Below are positions 16,928-27,079 of a stretch of DNA of 64,000 nt, one piece after another. How positions within the stretch are numbered: the first letter of the stretch is position 1; the number at the start of each line of letters is the position of its first letter. The DNA comes from SAR324 cluster bacterium (GTDB taxonomy: Bacteria; SAR324; NAC60-12): contig JADFZZ010000027.1 in NCBI GenBank assembly GCA_015232315.1, forward strand, positions 482-64,481. Reading direction: 5' to 3'. The notes under the pieces are model-generated. The model was given only the letters and a program-made list of their open reading frames with translations, was not told the origin of the DNA and ran no database searches. The position numbers and the translations under genes are program-made.

Positions 16928-17977
16928 TTATTTGGGGGCTTCCTCTTCTTCAAACAGCAATGCGGATGTTCTGGGTTCGAAGAGCATCTTGCTGATGCGG
17001 ATCGCCAGATGCCCATTGAACGCCCCCTGAAATCCCTCAAATTTCGGAATATTGTTGGCCAGCACTTTCAGCGGTTGATCTACGCCCTGATTCAATACCA
17101 GGTGATCCCCTACATCCAGATTCAGAAAATGCCGCAACTTGATTTTGGCATGCCCGAGAAACACTCGGAGGTCTGCTTTGGTGTTTAGAACATTTTCTGA
17201 CAGGCGTGTCAGACTGAGCTGGTCTGTTTCAGAATTTTCTTTCTGGAACGTCGTGTTCAATTTAGAACGTATGGGGTCAAGCATACTGTAAGGAACACAG
17301 ATGCTGAGCGTCATGGGGGTCTGATGCACTTCCACATCAAACGTTGTCACCACCACCACTTCTGAGTCAGGCACAATATTGGTGAACTGAGGATTGGTTT
17401 CAGCCCTGGAAAACTTGACACGCAGAGGGATAAAGGGCTTCCAGGCACTCTGAAGATCTTCCAGTCCACTATGAATGACTTTTGATATCATCCGGAGTTC
17501 AATGGTAGAAAAATCCCGTTTGACAGACTGGATGTGCAATTCTCCTGAGCCCCCGAACAGCATGTCAATGAAGGTGTATACCAGTTTTTGCTCCAGCACC
17601 ATCATCCCTGTGCCTTTGAGCGGAGAAAAATGGAACAGGTTGAGCGATGACGGATAGGAGACTGAATTGAGAAAGTCCTTGAAGTTGACAAGTTCTGTCG
17701 CACGGAGTTCCATGTGTATCGGTCGCCGCAGGTGGTTTGACAGCGTTTGCCTGAAAATTCTGGCAAAGCGACTGTAAACCATTTCCAGTGCGGGCATCCG
17801 GCCACGAATAATCCGGTTATGACTGGCCAGATCATATTTCACAATACCGTCAGGGGATTCCTGTGGAGGGAGTTTCCGCGCAATGGGTGAGGCCTCAAAT
17901 TCAGGCTCCTCCACATCCCATTCAGGAATTCCACGTAGCAGTAAATCTACTTCTTTCTGAGTCAATAGCTGTACCAA
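16928..17977 (-). CDS. fliM: Flagellar motor switch protein FliM
   Basis: N-terminal 'LLTQKEVDLLL' (CheY-P binding motif), central FliM domain (…GTGMMVLEQKLVYTFIDMLFGG…), and a C-terminal SpoA/FliN-like domain. Apparent TTG start with an AAGGAGG Shine-Dalgarno. Confidence 0.85.
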   Translation of the reverse strand: MVQLLTQKEVDLLLRGIPEWDVEEPEFEASPIARKLPPQESPDGIVKYDLASHNRIIRGRMPALEMVYSRFARIFRQTLSNHLRRPIHMELRATELVNFKDFLNSVSYPSSLNLFHFSPLKGTGMMVLEQKLVYTFIDMLFGGSGELHIQSVKRDFSTIELRMISKVIHSGLEDLQSAWKPFIPLRVKFSRAETNPQFTNIVPDSEVVVVTTFDVEVHQTPMTLSICVPYSMLDPIRSKLNTTFQKENSETDQLSLTRLSENVLNTKADLRVFLGHAKIKLRHFLNLDVGDHLVLNQGVDQPLKVLANNIPKFEGFQGAFNGHLAIRISKMLFEPRTSALLFEEEEAPK

Positions 17978-17999
17978 AACGCCTCCTTTGAAGGAAATT

Positions 18000-18467
18000 A
18001 TGAAACTTGGAGTTCTTGTCTATATTGAACGCTCTGACGGTCATGTTCTCATGATCCATCGTCAGAAACACGACGAGCACCTTGGCTTCTGGCTTGCGCC
18101 AGGCGGAAAACTTGAACGCAATGAAGCACCTGATGAAACAGCGATCCGTGAGGTGCTGGAAGAAACCGGACTGCATGTTCCGCATCCGAAAATGAAAGCC
18201 GTGCTGTCTTTTCCTGATCTGGGTGATTCCCCGTTTGGTGATGAATGGCATGTTTTTGTATTTCATGCCACAGAATTTTCCGGTGAACTGCTGGACGTGT
18301 CCGTGGAAGGAACGCTCCACTGGGTGCCCAGACAAAAGCTGATTGAACTGCCCATGTGGGAAGGTGACCGGCTGTTCACGCCCAGAATTTTTGAAAACGA
18401 TTTTTTTTATGGCAAACTGGTTTATCGTGGACAGACACTGGTTGAAGCCTCTTTCAGCAAGGATTGA
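18000..18467 (+). CDS. NUDIX hydrolase
   Basis: Nudix box GGKLERNEAPDETAIREVLEETG. ATG at 18000 preceded by a GAAGGAAA Shine-Dalgarno. Confidence 0.8.
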   Translation: MKLGVLVYIERSDGHVLMIHRQKHDEHLGFWLAPGGKLERNEAPDETAIREVLEETGLHVPHPKMKAVLSFPDLGDSPFGDEWHVFVFHATEFSGELLDVSVEGTLHWVPRQKLIELPMWEGDRLFTPRIFENDFFYGKLVYRGQTLVEASFSKD

Positions 18468-18542
18468 GCCTTCCTTTTTTCATGGTATTCAATGTTATTT
18501 TTTGTTCCATGTTCCCGTACCCTGAATTCCTGATTCCTTTGT

Positions 18543-19016
18543 TCAAGACTGGGTTTCCCGAATGAAACCCCTTGAAATAGCATCAATAATTTCCTCAATT
18601 TCCTGAAGCACCACTGGCAGATTCGGCTTGGAAAAGCTCATTTCTGGCGCAGGAACGCGATGATGCCTGATGTCAGGTGGTATATGCTTGTGATGGGGAA
18701 ATGTTGAGGCTAAATCAGGATGATGGGGATGTGGGAAATCATCATACCAATACAATCGGTTTTCCTGGTGATACACTTCATATCCGTAAGCCGTAATCAA
18801 ACCGGCGTCAAAATCCAGTTCTTCCCGCATTCGCAGGCGTACTCCGTAGGCAAAGTACACCTCGCCTTCCGCTGTTCCTGTGTATGGGCTGTCCGACCAA
18901 ACCACGATGGTAGAACGTTGCATGGATGAACGATGGAGCAGTTCTGTAATAAACAGACTGTAATCTGCCAGAGAGTTGAGACTCTGATTCTCCATATCAA
19001 TATACAGGTTGAACAC
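18543..19016 (-). CDS. Hypothetical His-rich small protein (157 aa)
   Basis: ORF overlapping the upstream small gene by 20 nt; His/Pro-rich segment '[26 protein letters not shown]'; I recognise no family. Confidence 0.4.
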   Translation of the reverse strand: MFNLYIDMENQSLNSLADYSLFITELLHRSSMQRSTIVVWSDSPYTGTAEGEVYFAYGVRLRMREELDFDAGLITAYGYEVYHQENRLYWYDDFPHPHHPDLASTFPHHKHIPPDIRHHRVPAPEMSFSKPNLPVVLQEIEEIIDAISRGFIRETQS

Positions 19017-19299
19017 GTAAGGTTTCTATTACGTCGTGTTGTTTGAATTGCTGAGTATAGGATTCTTTCCGTCGTAACCATGTTTCATAAATACCTTTCC
19101 AGCGGCTGAAATCCGCACGGGTTTCATCATACTCATCATATCGTTCTAACTGGCCGGACATGAGTGCCGTATAGAAATCTTCACTTAGAATTCCATATTT
19201 TTCTTCATAGAGTGTCAGACGGCGCTCGATCAGTTTCATTTCAATCACTAACTCATGGATTTGCATAATATTCTCTCCATTTCCAGAATTTATGGTCAA
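18997..19299 (-). CDS. Hypothetical small helical protein (100 aa), first gene of a two-gene cassette
   Basis: ORF with a promoter-like AT-rich region upstream. Translationally overlapped with 18543..19016. Confidence 0.4.
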   Translation of the reverse strand: MTINSGNGENIMQIHELVIEMKLIERRLTLYEEKYGILSEDFYTALMSGQLERYDEYDETRADFSRWKGIYETWLRRKESYTQQFKQHDVIETLRVQPVY

Positions 19300-19392
19300 T
19301 GTTACAATGATTTCATGATAAAAATATCATAAATTTTGTGAATCAGCATCTTCATAATTTGGAAGATGACTGAGCACGGGAGTGCTCTCGCA

Positions 19393-20598
19393 TTAAGAAA
19401 CAGGTCTAACCGAAACAACGGTTCCCGCAGGCATTTCCGGTGAATTGGATTCAACCACAATCAAGGCATTGGCTTCACTCAGGGAATTGAGACTGTGAGA
19501 TCCCTGACTGGCCATTGGTCGGACCTGTGCCGGAACACAGTCCCGGTCTAGCCATGCCCGCAGGTATTGCTGGCGGCCTGCCCGATGCCTGACAGGCTCT
19601 GTCAATACGGCTGGTACGAGCGGTTTCACATAAGGCGTTCGGCCCATCCGTTTCCGGATGGAAGGGCGCACAAATTCTTCAAAGACCACAAAGCTGGATG
19701 CTGGATTGCCCGGCATGCCAAAGACCAGTGTTTCGTTTTTTTTGCCAAAAAAGAATGGTTTTCCGGGCTTGATCGAAACTTTCCAGAATATTTCTTCAAC
19801 CCCCAATCGTTCCAGCGTGTCTTTCACAAAATCATGATCGCCCACAGAAACTCCACCTGAAATCAGCACCATATCAGCGTCCATGGCTTTTTTCAAATGC
19901 TGTTCCAGCAGGTCCGGGCGATCTTCAACAATTCCCAGGCGCCATGCGGCGCAATGTTCTGATCCAACCAAGGCTGTGAACATGTGACTGTTGGAATCCC
20001 TGATTTTTCCCGGAGCTAACGGATCTTCCACATTGACCAGTTCACTGCCAGTGGACAGGATCGCAACTTTCAAGGGCTGAAACACAGGTACTTCCGCATA
20101 ACCAAACGCGGCCAAAACCGCTATTTGCGTGGGGCCAAGGTTCATTCCGGTTTTGAGGATCTGCTGTCCGTGTTGTATGTCTTCCCCCCGGTAACGCACA
20201 TTGTCGCCCAGGCGGGGACTGCGGGTAAACTGAATATTTGTACCAGCCACTGTCACACTTTCTTTCATCACGACGGTATCCACGCCCGGAGGCATTTCAG
20301 ATCCCGTCGCAATCTGGTAGCACTCACCGGGTCCGGGTTGTTCCGTTTCATGGAGACCCGCCGGTACAAAGCCACGATTTCTGAGTGTGACAGGATGGTC
20401 TGTGGAAGCTTCAACCAGGTCCGCATGCCGAACGGCATAGCCATCCATCGCAGAGTTGTCAAACAACGGCAAATCAGAGGTTGCTGTCAGGTTTTGGGCC
20501 AGAATCAATCCATGAATTTGGTTCAAGGGTAACAGAATGGTCTTTCCGGCAGGGGTATGATCCAGAATGATATTTCGTGCCTGATCAGGGTGCAGCAT
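19393..20598 (-). CDS. moeA: Molybdopterin molybdotransferase MoeA
   Basis: Full-length match to the MoeA/gephyrin-E architecture (…SAMDGYAV…, …GGVSVGDHDFVK…). Confidence 0.9.
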   Translation of the reverse strand: MLHPDQARNIILDHTPAGKTILLPLNQIHGLILAQNLTATSDLPLFDNSAMDGYAVRHADLVEASTDHPVTLRNRGFVPAGLHETEQPGPGECYQIATGSEMPPGVDTVVMKESVTVAGTNIQFTRSPRLGDNVRYRGEDIQHGQQILKTGMNLGPTQIAVLAAFGYAEVPVFQPLKVAILSTGSELVNVEDPLAPGKIRDSNSHMFTALVGSEHCAAWRLGIVEDRPDLLEQHLKKAMDADMVLISGGVSVGDHDFVKDTLERLGVEEIFWKVSIKPGKPFFFGKKNETLVFGMPGNPASSFVVFEEFVRPSIRKRMGRTPYVKPLVPAVLTEPVRHRAGRQQYLRAWLDRDCVPAQVRPMASQGSHSLNSLSEANALIVVESNSPEMPAGTVVSVRPVS

Positions 20599-20650
20599 GA
20601 CGCTCCTATGAGATTGATGTTTATCCGATAAATAATTGGCAGTGGCGGGT

Positions 20651-22000
20651 TTACGTATTTGCTTTTGAATCTGGAAAATGAATGAGACGCAAGATCAGCC
20701 CCATGAACAGATACACCATCGTCTGAACTTCACTGTCACGGAAATTGTTTTCAAAGAAGCCTGCCAGCATGAAGCCTATGGTGGCAGACAGGACGCCCCA
20801 CATCAGGGATTGGTTATATTTATCGGTGATTTTTTTGTAATGAACCAACAACTGTCCGATCCAGGTGATCCAGATGGCCATGTAGGCCATAAAGCCGACA
20901 AAACCCGTGTTTAGGAAGGTCTGGATGTAGATGTTGTGAACGCCCGCACTGGGCTTGTTGAAAAAACGATGGCCTGTCCGTTCAGCAAGGGGGGTTCGAT
21001 AGCGGTCCATCACCTCCCGGTCATTGTCAAAACCGATTCCAAACCAGAAATGATCCTTGATCGCATTGATTCCGGATTCCCACATGAGCAGGCGGTCCTC
21101 ATTGTATTTCAGCATGAAACCACTGGTAATTCGACTCCAGACCACGTCACTGAACGAATCGGAGGAAGAAGGCTTTTCGCCCTGGTTGAGATACACTGAA
21201 CCAAGAATCACCACGGCGGAGCCAACCCCGATCAGCAGGGAAAAGAACAGTTTTTTTGAAAAATGATAAAGGAGCAGCAGGATGCTGAAAAAGGTGCCGA
21301 TCCACACACTTCGAGCCAGTGATAAGACGATGGCCAACAGCATCAGCGCGGTACTTCCTGAAATCGTGAGCCGCTGCCGCTCGGGCAGTGTGCCCGGACG
21401 AAGGACCAGTGAAAAAAACAGGGGGAAACTCAGCAGAAGCACGCCGCCATAAGTGAGGTGGTTGGAATAATTGCCCTTGGCATGAAAAAACGGGGTGTAG
21501 CCATAAGTTGTAAAACAGGGATGCTTGTATGGTTTGGGGTGACTGTTTCCAAAGAAATCAAACCATTCCGCTCCTGTAAAAAACTGAATAATTCCATACA
21601 CAGAGATCACCGTCAGAAAGAACATGAAAATCTGCATCACATGGCGATGATTTTCTTCTTTCAGTGAAAACATCAACGCAAATGGCAGAAACATCCGCCA
21701 GTTGTTCCAGAGCATCATGCCAACCCTTGTTGTGTAGGGTGTCAACAACGTTGAAACCAACTGTACCAGCACCCAGACCATCAATGCCAGAAACAGGGGA
21801 TGCTTCCATAAAACCGGACGGGGATTACGCCAGAGTTTATACACGCCGACCAGATATAATCCCACAATAGCGGCATCGGTGCCTGCAATGGAAAATGTGC
21901 TGAAAACAAACACCCCATAGAGGAAAAAACGATTCCAGAACGAACTGTTGGTGATTTCCCGAAACAATATCCGGGAAGATTCAGCGTTGATTGAGGGCAT
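20651..22000 (-). CDS. O-antigen ligase / Wzy-like polytopic membrane protein
   Basis: ~12 predicted TM helices with a large periplasmic loop, the general Wzy_C-type arrangement; the family call is from topology only. Confidence 0.55.
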   Translation of the reverse strand: MPSINAESSRILFREITNSSFWNRFFLYGVFVFSTFSIAGTDAAIVGLYLVGVYKLWRNPRPVLWKHPLFLALMVWVLVQLVSTLLTPYTTRVGMMLWNNWRMFLPFALMFSLKEENHRHVMQIFMFFLTVISVYGIIQFFTGAEWFDFFGNSHPKPYKHPCFTTYGYTPFFHAKGNYSNHLTYGGVLLLSFPLFFSLVLRPGTLPERQRLTISGSTALMLLAIVLSLARSVWIGTFFSILLLLYHFSKKLFFSLLIGVGSAVVILGSVYLNQGEKPSSSDSFSDVVWSRITSGFMLKYNEDRLLMWESGINAIKDHFWFGIGFDNDREVMDRYRTPLAERTGHRFFNKPSAGVHNIYIQTFLNTGFVGFMAYMAIWITWIGQLLVHYKKITDKYNQSLMWGVLSATIGFMLAGFFENNFRDSEVQTMVYLFMGLILRLIHFPDSKANT

Positions 22001-22015
22001 GGTGGATCCTGATTT

Positions 22016-22504
22016 TTAGCCGGTGATATCGCGGAGTGTGTAACAAAAATCCGGATGTTGCTGATGATGGCGGATATAATGCGAAGATAGTCCCAGCAAT
22101 TCCATTTGAAGAATGGTGATTATATTGGGAACGAGGTCGGTGATTTCAGTGATTCCTGAAAATTCATGGTAAAACTTTTTGAAGTCTCCGGTCATTTTAA
22201 TAACAACCTGATGGGTGAGCTTTAAAAAACTGATCACTGTTTCAACAGGCAATTCGTCGGTTTCTCTCAGGAACAAGGGGATGTTGTGTTCCCATAAGCC
22301 GTAATACAGCATGACTCTGAAATCCTGAACCTGAAAGCAATGGACCAGAGCAAATTCAAACAAATCCCACAACAGGGCATTTTGGGCCGGACGACCATCC
22401 ACAGGGGTGATACTGGTTTTTCCGGGATGCTTGAAGTGAAATCGCGGAATGGTAATCTGGCACATTGGATTTTTACACTGACTGCAATCTTGGTGAAGAC
22501 TCAT
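22016..22504 (-). CDS. Hypothetical protein (162 aa), translationally coupled (ATGA) to the upstream ParA/MinD-like ATPase
   Basis: ATG start overlapping the upstream stop; no recognisable motifs. Confidence 0.45.
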   Translation of the reverse strand: MSLHQDCSQCKNPMCQITIPRFHFKHPGKTSITPVDGRPAQNALLWDLFEFALVHCFQVQDFRVMLYYGLWEHNIPLFLRETDELPVETVISFLKLTHQVVIKMTGDFKKFYHEFSGITEITDLVPNIITILQMELLGLSSHYIRHHQQHPDFCYTLRDITG

Positions 22505-23475
22505 AACGATTTAAGCTGTTGATAATATAATGTGGTTTCTTCGATCAGAGCATCCGCTCCAAAAGCCGTAACATCGTCCCATTTGTCCGTAATGTCCAGA
22601 GCAATTTTCTGAACACGCCGAGCAAAAGTACTCTCAGGATAATGGCGTAGCAAGGGCACCGAACGATAGGTTGCTTCACGGGCGTGACGGTCTTCAAACA
22701 GACTGCCAAAATGGCTCAGCGACATGGCCAGGGTGGCTCGACTGGTTTCATTCAGTTTGTGACAAATGCCCAATTGTTCGGGAAGAAGGCACAAATTATA
22801 CACAATACGGGGTTGGTAACGTTCCAGCAGATTTCTGGCGGCAACGGCCGCATTGCGGTCTGTGACTCCCAGACGTTCGATCATCATCGGAATGGTCAAT
22901 TGTCCGGCACGTGTGGGCAAACTGCGGAAATGGTGCAACTGCTCCCATGCCGCTGGGAATTTTTTCAACTCCCGGTCAAAGGCCCGAAACAGAAAATTTC
23001 TGAGAAACGTCAGCAGATTCATGATTGCCGGATATTCCGGGGTGGTCACCAGCAAACTGTGGCGCGCCACCGCAAAAAAATCCAGAGTATTGAATTCGCT
23101 ACCACCACCCAGATCCAGCAAAATATAGTCCGCTTTCAACCATTTGATGGAAAGCAGTAGCCGGATTTTTTCTGAAAAAGAAATATTGGCCATGCAGGGC
23201 GTGCGGGCATCTCCGGGAATAAATCCCAGATTTTCTATTCCTGTCGCAACAACCAGCGATTCCAGTGTTTCAGTTTTTGAAAGCAGATAATCGCCCACAC
23301 CCGGGTAGTGGTTGGGTAACCCCAGATAGGAATGCAGATTGGAACCGCCCAGATCGAGGTCAACCGCAATGGTTCGATAGCCCATGTCTGCCAGTGCAAT
23401 AGCCAGATTCGCGGTAATCAGGCTTTTGCCGACACCGCCTTTTCCACTTGCTACCGCTATAATGGTGGGATTCAT
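22501..23475 (-). CDS. ParA/MinD-family P-loop ATPase with C-terminal extension
   Basis: Deviant Walker A 'ASGKGGVGKS' at the N-terminus. Confidence 0.75.
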   Translation of the reverse strand: MNPTIIAVASGKGGVGKSLITANLAIALADMGYRTIAVDLDLGGSNLHSYLGLPNHYPGVGDYLLSKTETLESLVVATGIENLGFIPGDARTPCMANISFSEKIRLLLSIKWLKADYILLDLGGGSEFNTLDFFAVARHSLLVTTPEYPAIMNLLTFLRNFLFRAFDRELKKFPAAWEQLHHFRSLPTRAGQLTIPMMIERLGVTDRNAAVAARNLLERYQPRIVYNLCLLPEQLGICHKLNETSRATLAMSLSHFGSLFEDRHAREATYRSVPLLRHYPESTFARRVQKIALDITDKWDDVTAFGADALIEETTLYYQQLKSL

Positions 23476-23687
23476 TGTGTGTTTTAACTACAGGTTCACG
23501 TAATGCTGACAATTGAGCTTTCTGTAATCTAGGTATAAGGAGACAACAAAAAAAGCAAAGAAATTCTTGCGCTGGCATCCGCTCAAATTTATCCTTGCTT
23601 TTCGATATTTATCAATGTCATATCCCTAGAGGATTCCAAATAAAAACAAAATGATATTATGACTGCGATGAAGACCGGGGGGCTTCA

Positions 23688-26600
23688 GTGAAACAGGGAC
23701 TACTCACAGGAAAAATACAATCATTGACTGGCCTGGTAATCGGAATAATGCTGTTTTGTCAGGGGCTTCCCCTGCTGATGGCACAGGAACCTGTTCTCGT
23801 TCTTGATAAGGCTATGGAAATCAATGGGCTGGGTCAGCAGATGAGCATCCTCGAAGATATTTCAGGGAAACTCACGCAGGAAGAGGTTCTTGCCTCCAAC
23901 GAGTTTGTGCGGTCAGAGAATGATGCTCCAAGTCTCGGTTTCACCACGTCTTCTTTCTGGTTGCGATTCACACTGCTCAATCCTGAGGACACAACGGTTG
24001 ATCGAGTATTGCTGTTCAGCTATCCACGGGTGAGAGGCGTGGATCTCTATGTGCCCTCCCCGGAAAATCCCCTGCGCTATGAAGTCAAACACTCTGGCAG
24101 CAACCAACCGTTTCATCAGCGTGAAATTCCCTATCGCAACTACGCCTTTTCAATAAAAGTTCCCCCCAAAAAACCGCTCACCTGTTACATGCGCATCGAC
24201 TCCGGAGATTCGTTGATCCTGCCCTTGACGCTCTATCAGCCCAGAGCGTTTACCAAATACATGTTGCTCGATTATGTCATTCTGGGGTTTTACTATGGGG
24301 CGATGGTGATCATTCTGATATACAACTGCCTGTTGTTTGCGGGCACACGGGATCAAACCTATCGTGACTATTCACTGATGCTGGCCTGCATCATTCTGTT
24401 CAGTCTGACCATTGATGGATCCCTGTCTCAATTTATTGCGTTTCATACACCAGAACTGGAAAATATCAGCCGGCCATTTCTGTTGTGTCTGCTCGTTTTT
24501 CTCGGGTTGCAATTCAGCCGTTCGTTTATCAACATCAAGGAACTTTCACCAGTCCTGGATAATGTTGTGAAAGTGATCATGGCCTCAGCCATCGCAGGCC
24601 TGGTGATTTCTCCGTTCACGCCATATTTTCCCACGTTGCAAACGTCCATTCTGTTTGCGTTCATGGCCTTGGGAGTCGCGACAATCATCACTCTTTATGG
24701 CCTCTGGAAACGGAATCGACAGTCTTTTTTTTACGCCATAGCCGGGTTTGGCTTCATGCTGGGCGGAGTGACGCTCATTTTGGCCAATTTCGGCATTCTG
24801 CCCTACAATCTGATCACCACCTGGGGCGCCTTCACAGGTTTTCTCACTCAGGCTGTTCTACTGTCGCTGGGGTTGGCTGACCGGATCAAAACATTGCAAA
24901 AAGAAGCGCTTGAAGCACAGAAAGTGGCCATTGACAGTCTGCAACGCGCGGATCAACTCAAGGATGAGTTTCTGGCAAACACGTCTCATGAACTCCGGAC
25001 TCCGTTGAATGGAATCATCGGTCTCAGTGAATCCATGCTGTTTCTCAATCAGTTTGAAAAAAAGGATGAAGTTGTCCAGAATTTGAAAATGATCATCCAG
25101 AGTGGCAAGCGTCTGTCCAGTCTGGTGAATGATCTGCTGGATTTTTCAAAAATGAAACATCAGGAATTGATGCTTCAGTTCAAACCTGTAGATGTCCGCA
25201 GTATCACGGACACGGTGATCTCCATTCTCTCACCGCTTCTGAGTCACAAGCAGGTCAAGTTACATCACACCATGCAGGGGTTGATGCCGCTGGTCTGGGG
25301 CGATGAAAACCGGGTGGAACAGATCCTGATGAATCTTGTGGGAAATGCCATTAAATTCACGGATGAAGGTTCCATCATGATTCAGCATCAGGTCATTTCT
25401 CCATTTCTGGTGATTCATATCACAGACACAGGAATCGGGATTCCGCGGGAAAAACAAAAAGATATTTTCAAGGCGTTTGATCAGGTGGATGGGTCCATTT
25501 CACGGCAATACGGGGGCACAGGCCTTGGTCTTTCAATCAGCCGGCAATTGGTGGAACTGCTTGGCGGAACATTGAAAGTGGAAAGCGAGGTCAACAAGGG
25601 TTCGACCTTCACGTTCACCCTGCCGTTAGCGACCGAAGAACAGAAAAACAACTGGAAAGCAATTCCCGGAATGCCGCCCCCCCCACAAAAAGAGTTATCG
25701 CCGGATTCCCTTCTTATCCCGCAGATTCAGTTGAAGGAACATAATCCGGAGTCAGGAAACAGAACCATTCTGATTGTGGATGATGAACCTATCAATGTGC
25801 AGGTACTCAAGAGTCATTTGAGTGATCTCCCCTTTCAGATCAGGGTCGCCTGGGATGGTGTGGAAGCACTCCAGTCCATCAAGACTCAAGTGCCGGATCT
25901 GATTCTGCTGGATTTGATGATGCCGCGAATGAGTGGCTATGAAGTCTGTCGTGAAATTCGCAAAACGATGGATCCCGCAACCATGCCGATTCTGATTTTG
26001 ACCGCGAAAACACAAACAGAAGACATGATTGAAGGCCTACGTGCCGGGGCCAATGATTATCTCACAAAACCCTTCAATCGGGATGAACTCATTGCCCGAA
26101 TTCAGACACAGATCCGTTTCAGGGAAGCGGTGGATACTCTGCGGGAGTCAGAACGTCTGGGCATGGAACTCAAGACAGCCCAAACGGTGCAGGAATTGCT
26201 GATTCCCAAACAGGATCCTTCACTCGAAGAGCTGGAAATTGCCAGTTATTACAGTCCAGCCGCTGAAACTGGCGGCGACTGGTATAGTTACCGCCATCAT
26301 CCTGAAAACAGAACGCTGGATATTTTGATTGGCGATGTGACCGGGCATGGGGTTGCCGCGGCACTGATCACAGCCATGGCGGACAGTGTGTATGCCTCGG
26401 TTTCAGAACAGCGGAAACGATTGAAAGAACTCCATCAACCTGATTCCTATCTGTGGCATCCCACTTATTATGTCGAAATGCTGAACAACGTATTGTTCAC
26501 TGCCACCAGAGGACTCTACAACATGACATTTTTTTATTCAGTGATTGATCTGGAGCGCAATATCATGGTGTTTTCCAGTGCGGGCCACCCACCCTGCATC

Positions 26601-26957
26601 ATCTGGCGACCCGGTAAATTTAAGATTTTACGCAAGGGAATCGCGGTGTTTCAGCCTTTTTTGGAAATCAGTATCCGCAGTATGTATCTCGGTTATGAAG
26701 CCGGCAAACATTTTGACATACAGACACAGGAACTGGAGTCAAATGATGTGATCATCTGGTATACCGATGGTCTGGTAGAAAACAGCAATGCCGACCGGGA
26801 ACCGTTCGGGAAAAGACGACTCAAACAGATCATTCAGAACTGTGCGGGCTTGACAGCGCATCAGATCAGGGACCGTATCGTGGAAGGCGTAAAAGCTCAT
26901 TGCGGCGCATTTCCACAAGAAGATGACATCACGTTGATTGTGGCAAAGATCCACTGA
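23688..26957 (+). CDS. 7TMR-DISM sensor histidine kinase fused to a receiver domain and a PP2C (SpoIIE/RsbU) phosphatase domain
   Basis: Signal peptide, a ~180-aa extracytoplasmic domain, and a 7-TM block (…YYGAMVIILIYNCLLFAG…). H-box 'NTSHELRTPLNGIIG'; HATPase motifs (DTGIGIP…GGTGLGLSI); REC domain (ILIVDDEPINV…D…K); C-terminal PP2C motifs (GDVTGHGVAAAL…YTDGLVEN…DDITLIV). GTG start, overlapped by the stop of a 10-codon uORF. Confidence 0.85.
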   Translation: MKQGLLTGKIQSLTGLVIGIMLFCQGLPLLMAQEPVLVLDKAMEINGLGQQMSILEDISGKLTQEEVLASNEFVRSENDAPSLGFTTSSFWLRFTLLNPEDTTVDRVLLFSYPRVRGVDLYVPSPENPLRYEVKHSGSNQPFHQREIPYRNYAFSIKVPPKKPLTCYMRIDSGDSLILPLTLYQPRAFTKYMLLDYVILGFYYGAMVIILIYNCLLFAGTRDQTYRDYSLMLACIILFSLTIDGSLSQFIAFHTPELENISRPFLLCLLVFLGLQFSRSFINIKELSPVLDNVVKVIMASAIAGLVISPFTPYFPTLQTSILFAFMALGVATIITLYGLWKRNRQSFFYAIAGFGFMLGGVTLILANFGILPYNLITTWGAFTGFLTQAVLLSLGLADRIKTLQKEALEAQKVAIDSLQRADQLKDEFLANTSHELRTPLNGIIGLSESMLFLNQFEKKDEVVQNLKMIIQSGKRLSSLVNDLLDFSKMKHQELMLQFKPVDVRSITDTVISILSPLLSHKQVKLHHTMQGLMPLVWGDENRVEQILMNLVGNAIKFTDEGSIMIQHQVISPFLVIHITDTGIGIPREKQKDIFKAFDQVDGSISRQYGGTGLGLSISRQLVELLGGTLKVESEVNKGSTFTFTLPLATEEQKNNWKAIPGMPPPPQKELSPDSLLIPQIQLKEHNPESGNRTILIVDDEPINVQVLKSHLSDLPFQIRVAWDGVEALQSIKTQVPDLILLDLMMPRMSGYEVCREIRKTMDPATMPILILTAKTQTEDMIEGLRAGANDYLTKPFNRDELIARIQTQIRFREAVDTLRESERLGMELKTAQTVQELLIPKQDPSLEELEIASYYSPAAETGGDWYSYRHHPENRTLDILIGDVTGHGVAAALITAMADSVYASVSEQRKRLKELHQPDSYLWHPTYYVEMLNNVLFTATRGLYNMTFFYSVIDLERNIMVFSSAGHPPCIIWRPGKFKILRKGIAVFQPFLEISIRSMYLGYEAGKHFDIQTQELESNDVIIWYTDGLVENSNADREPFGKRRLKQIIQNCAGLTAHQIRDRIVEGVKAHCGAFPQEDDITLIVAKIH

Positions 26958-27079
26958 TTTATCCCCGATGCGGGAAGCGCACACATAAAGCACTTGTGAT
27001 AAGAACTCGTTTCAGGTTATGAAAAAAGCGTCACTGACAAGCGGACATCCATGTCAAATATTTTAGCAGGGAAACAATT

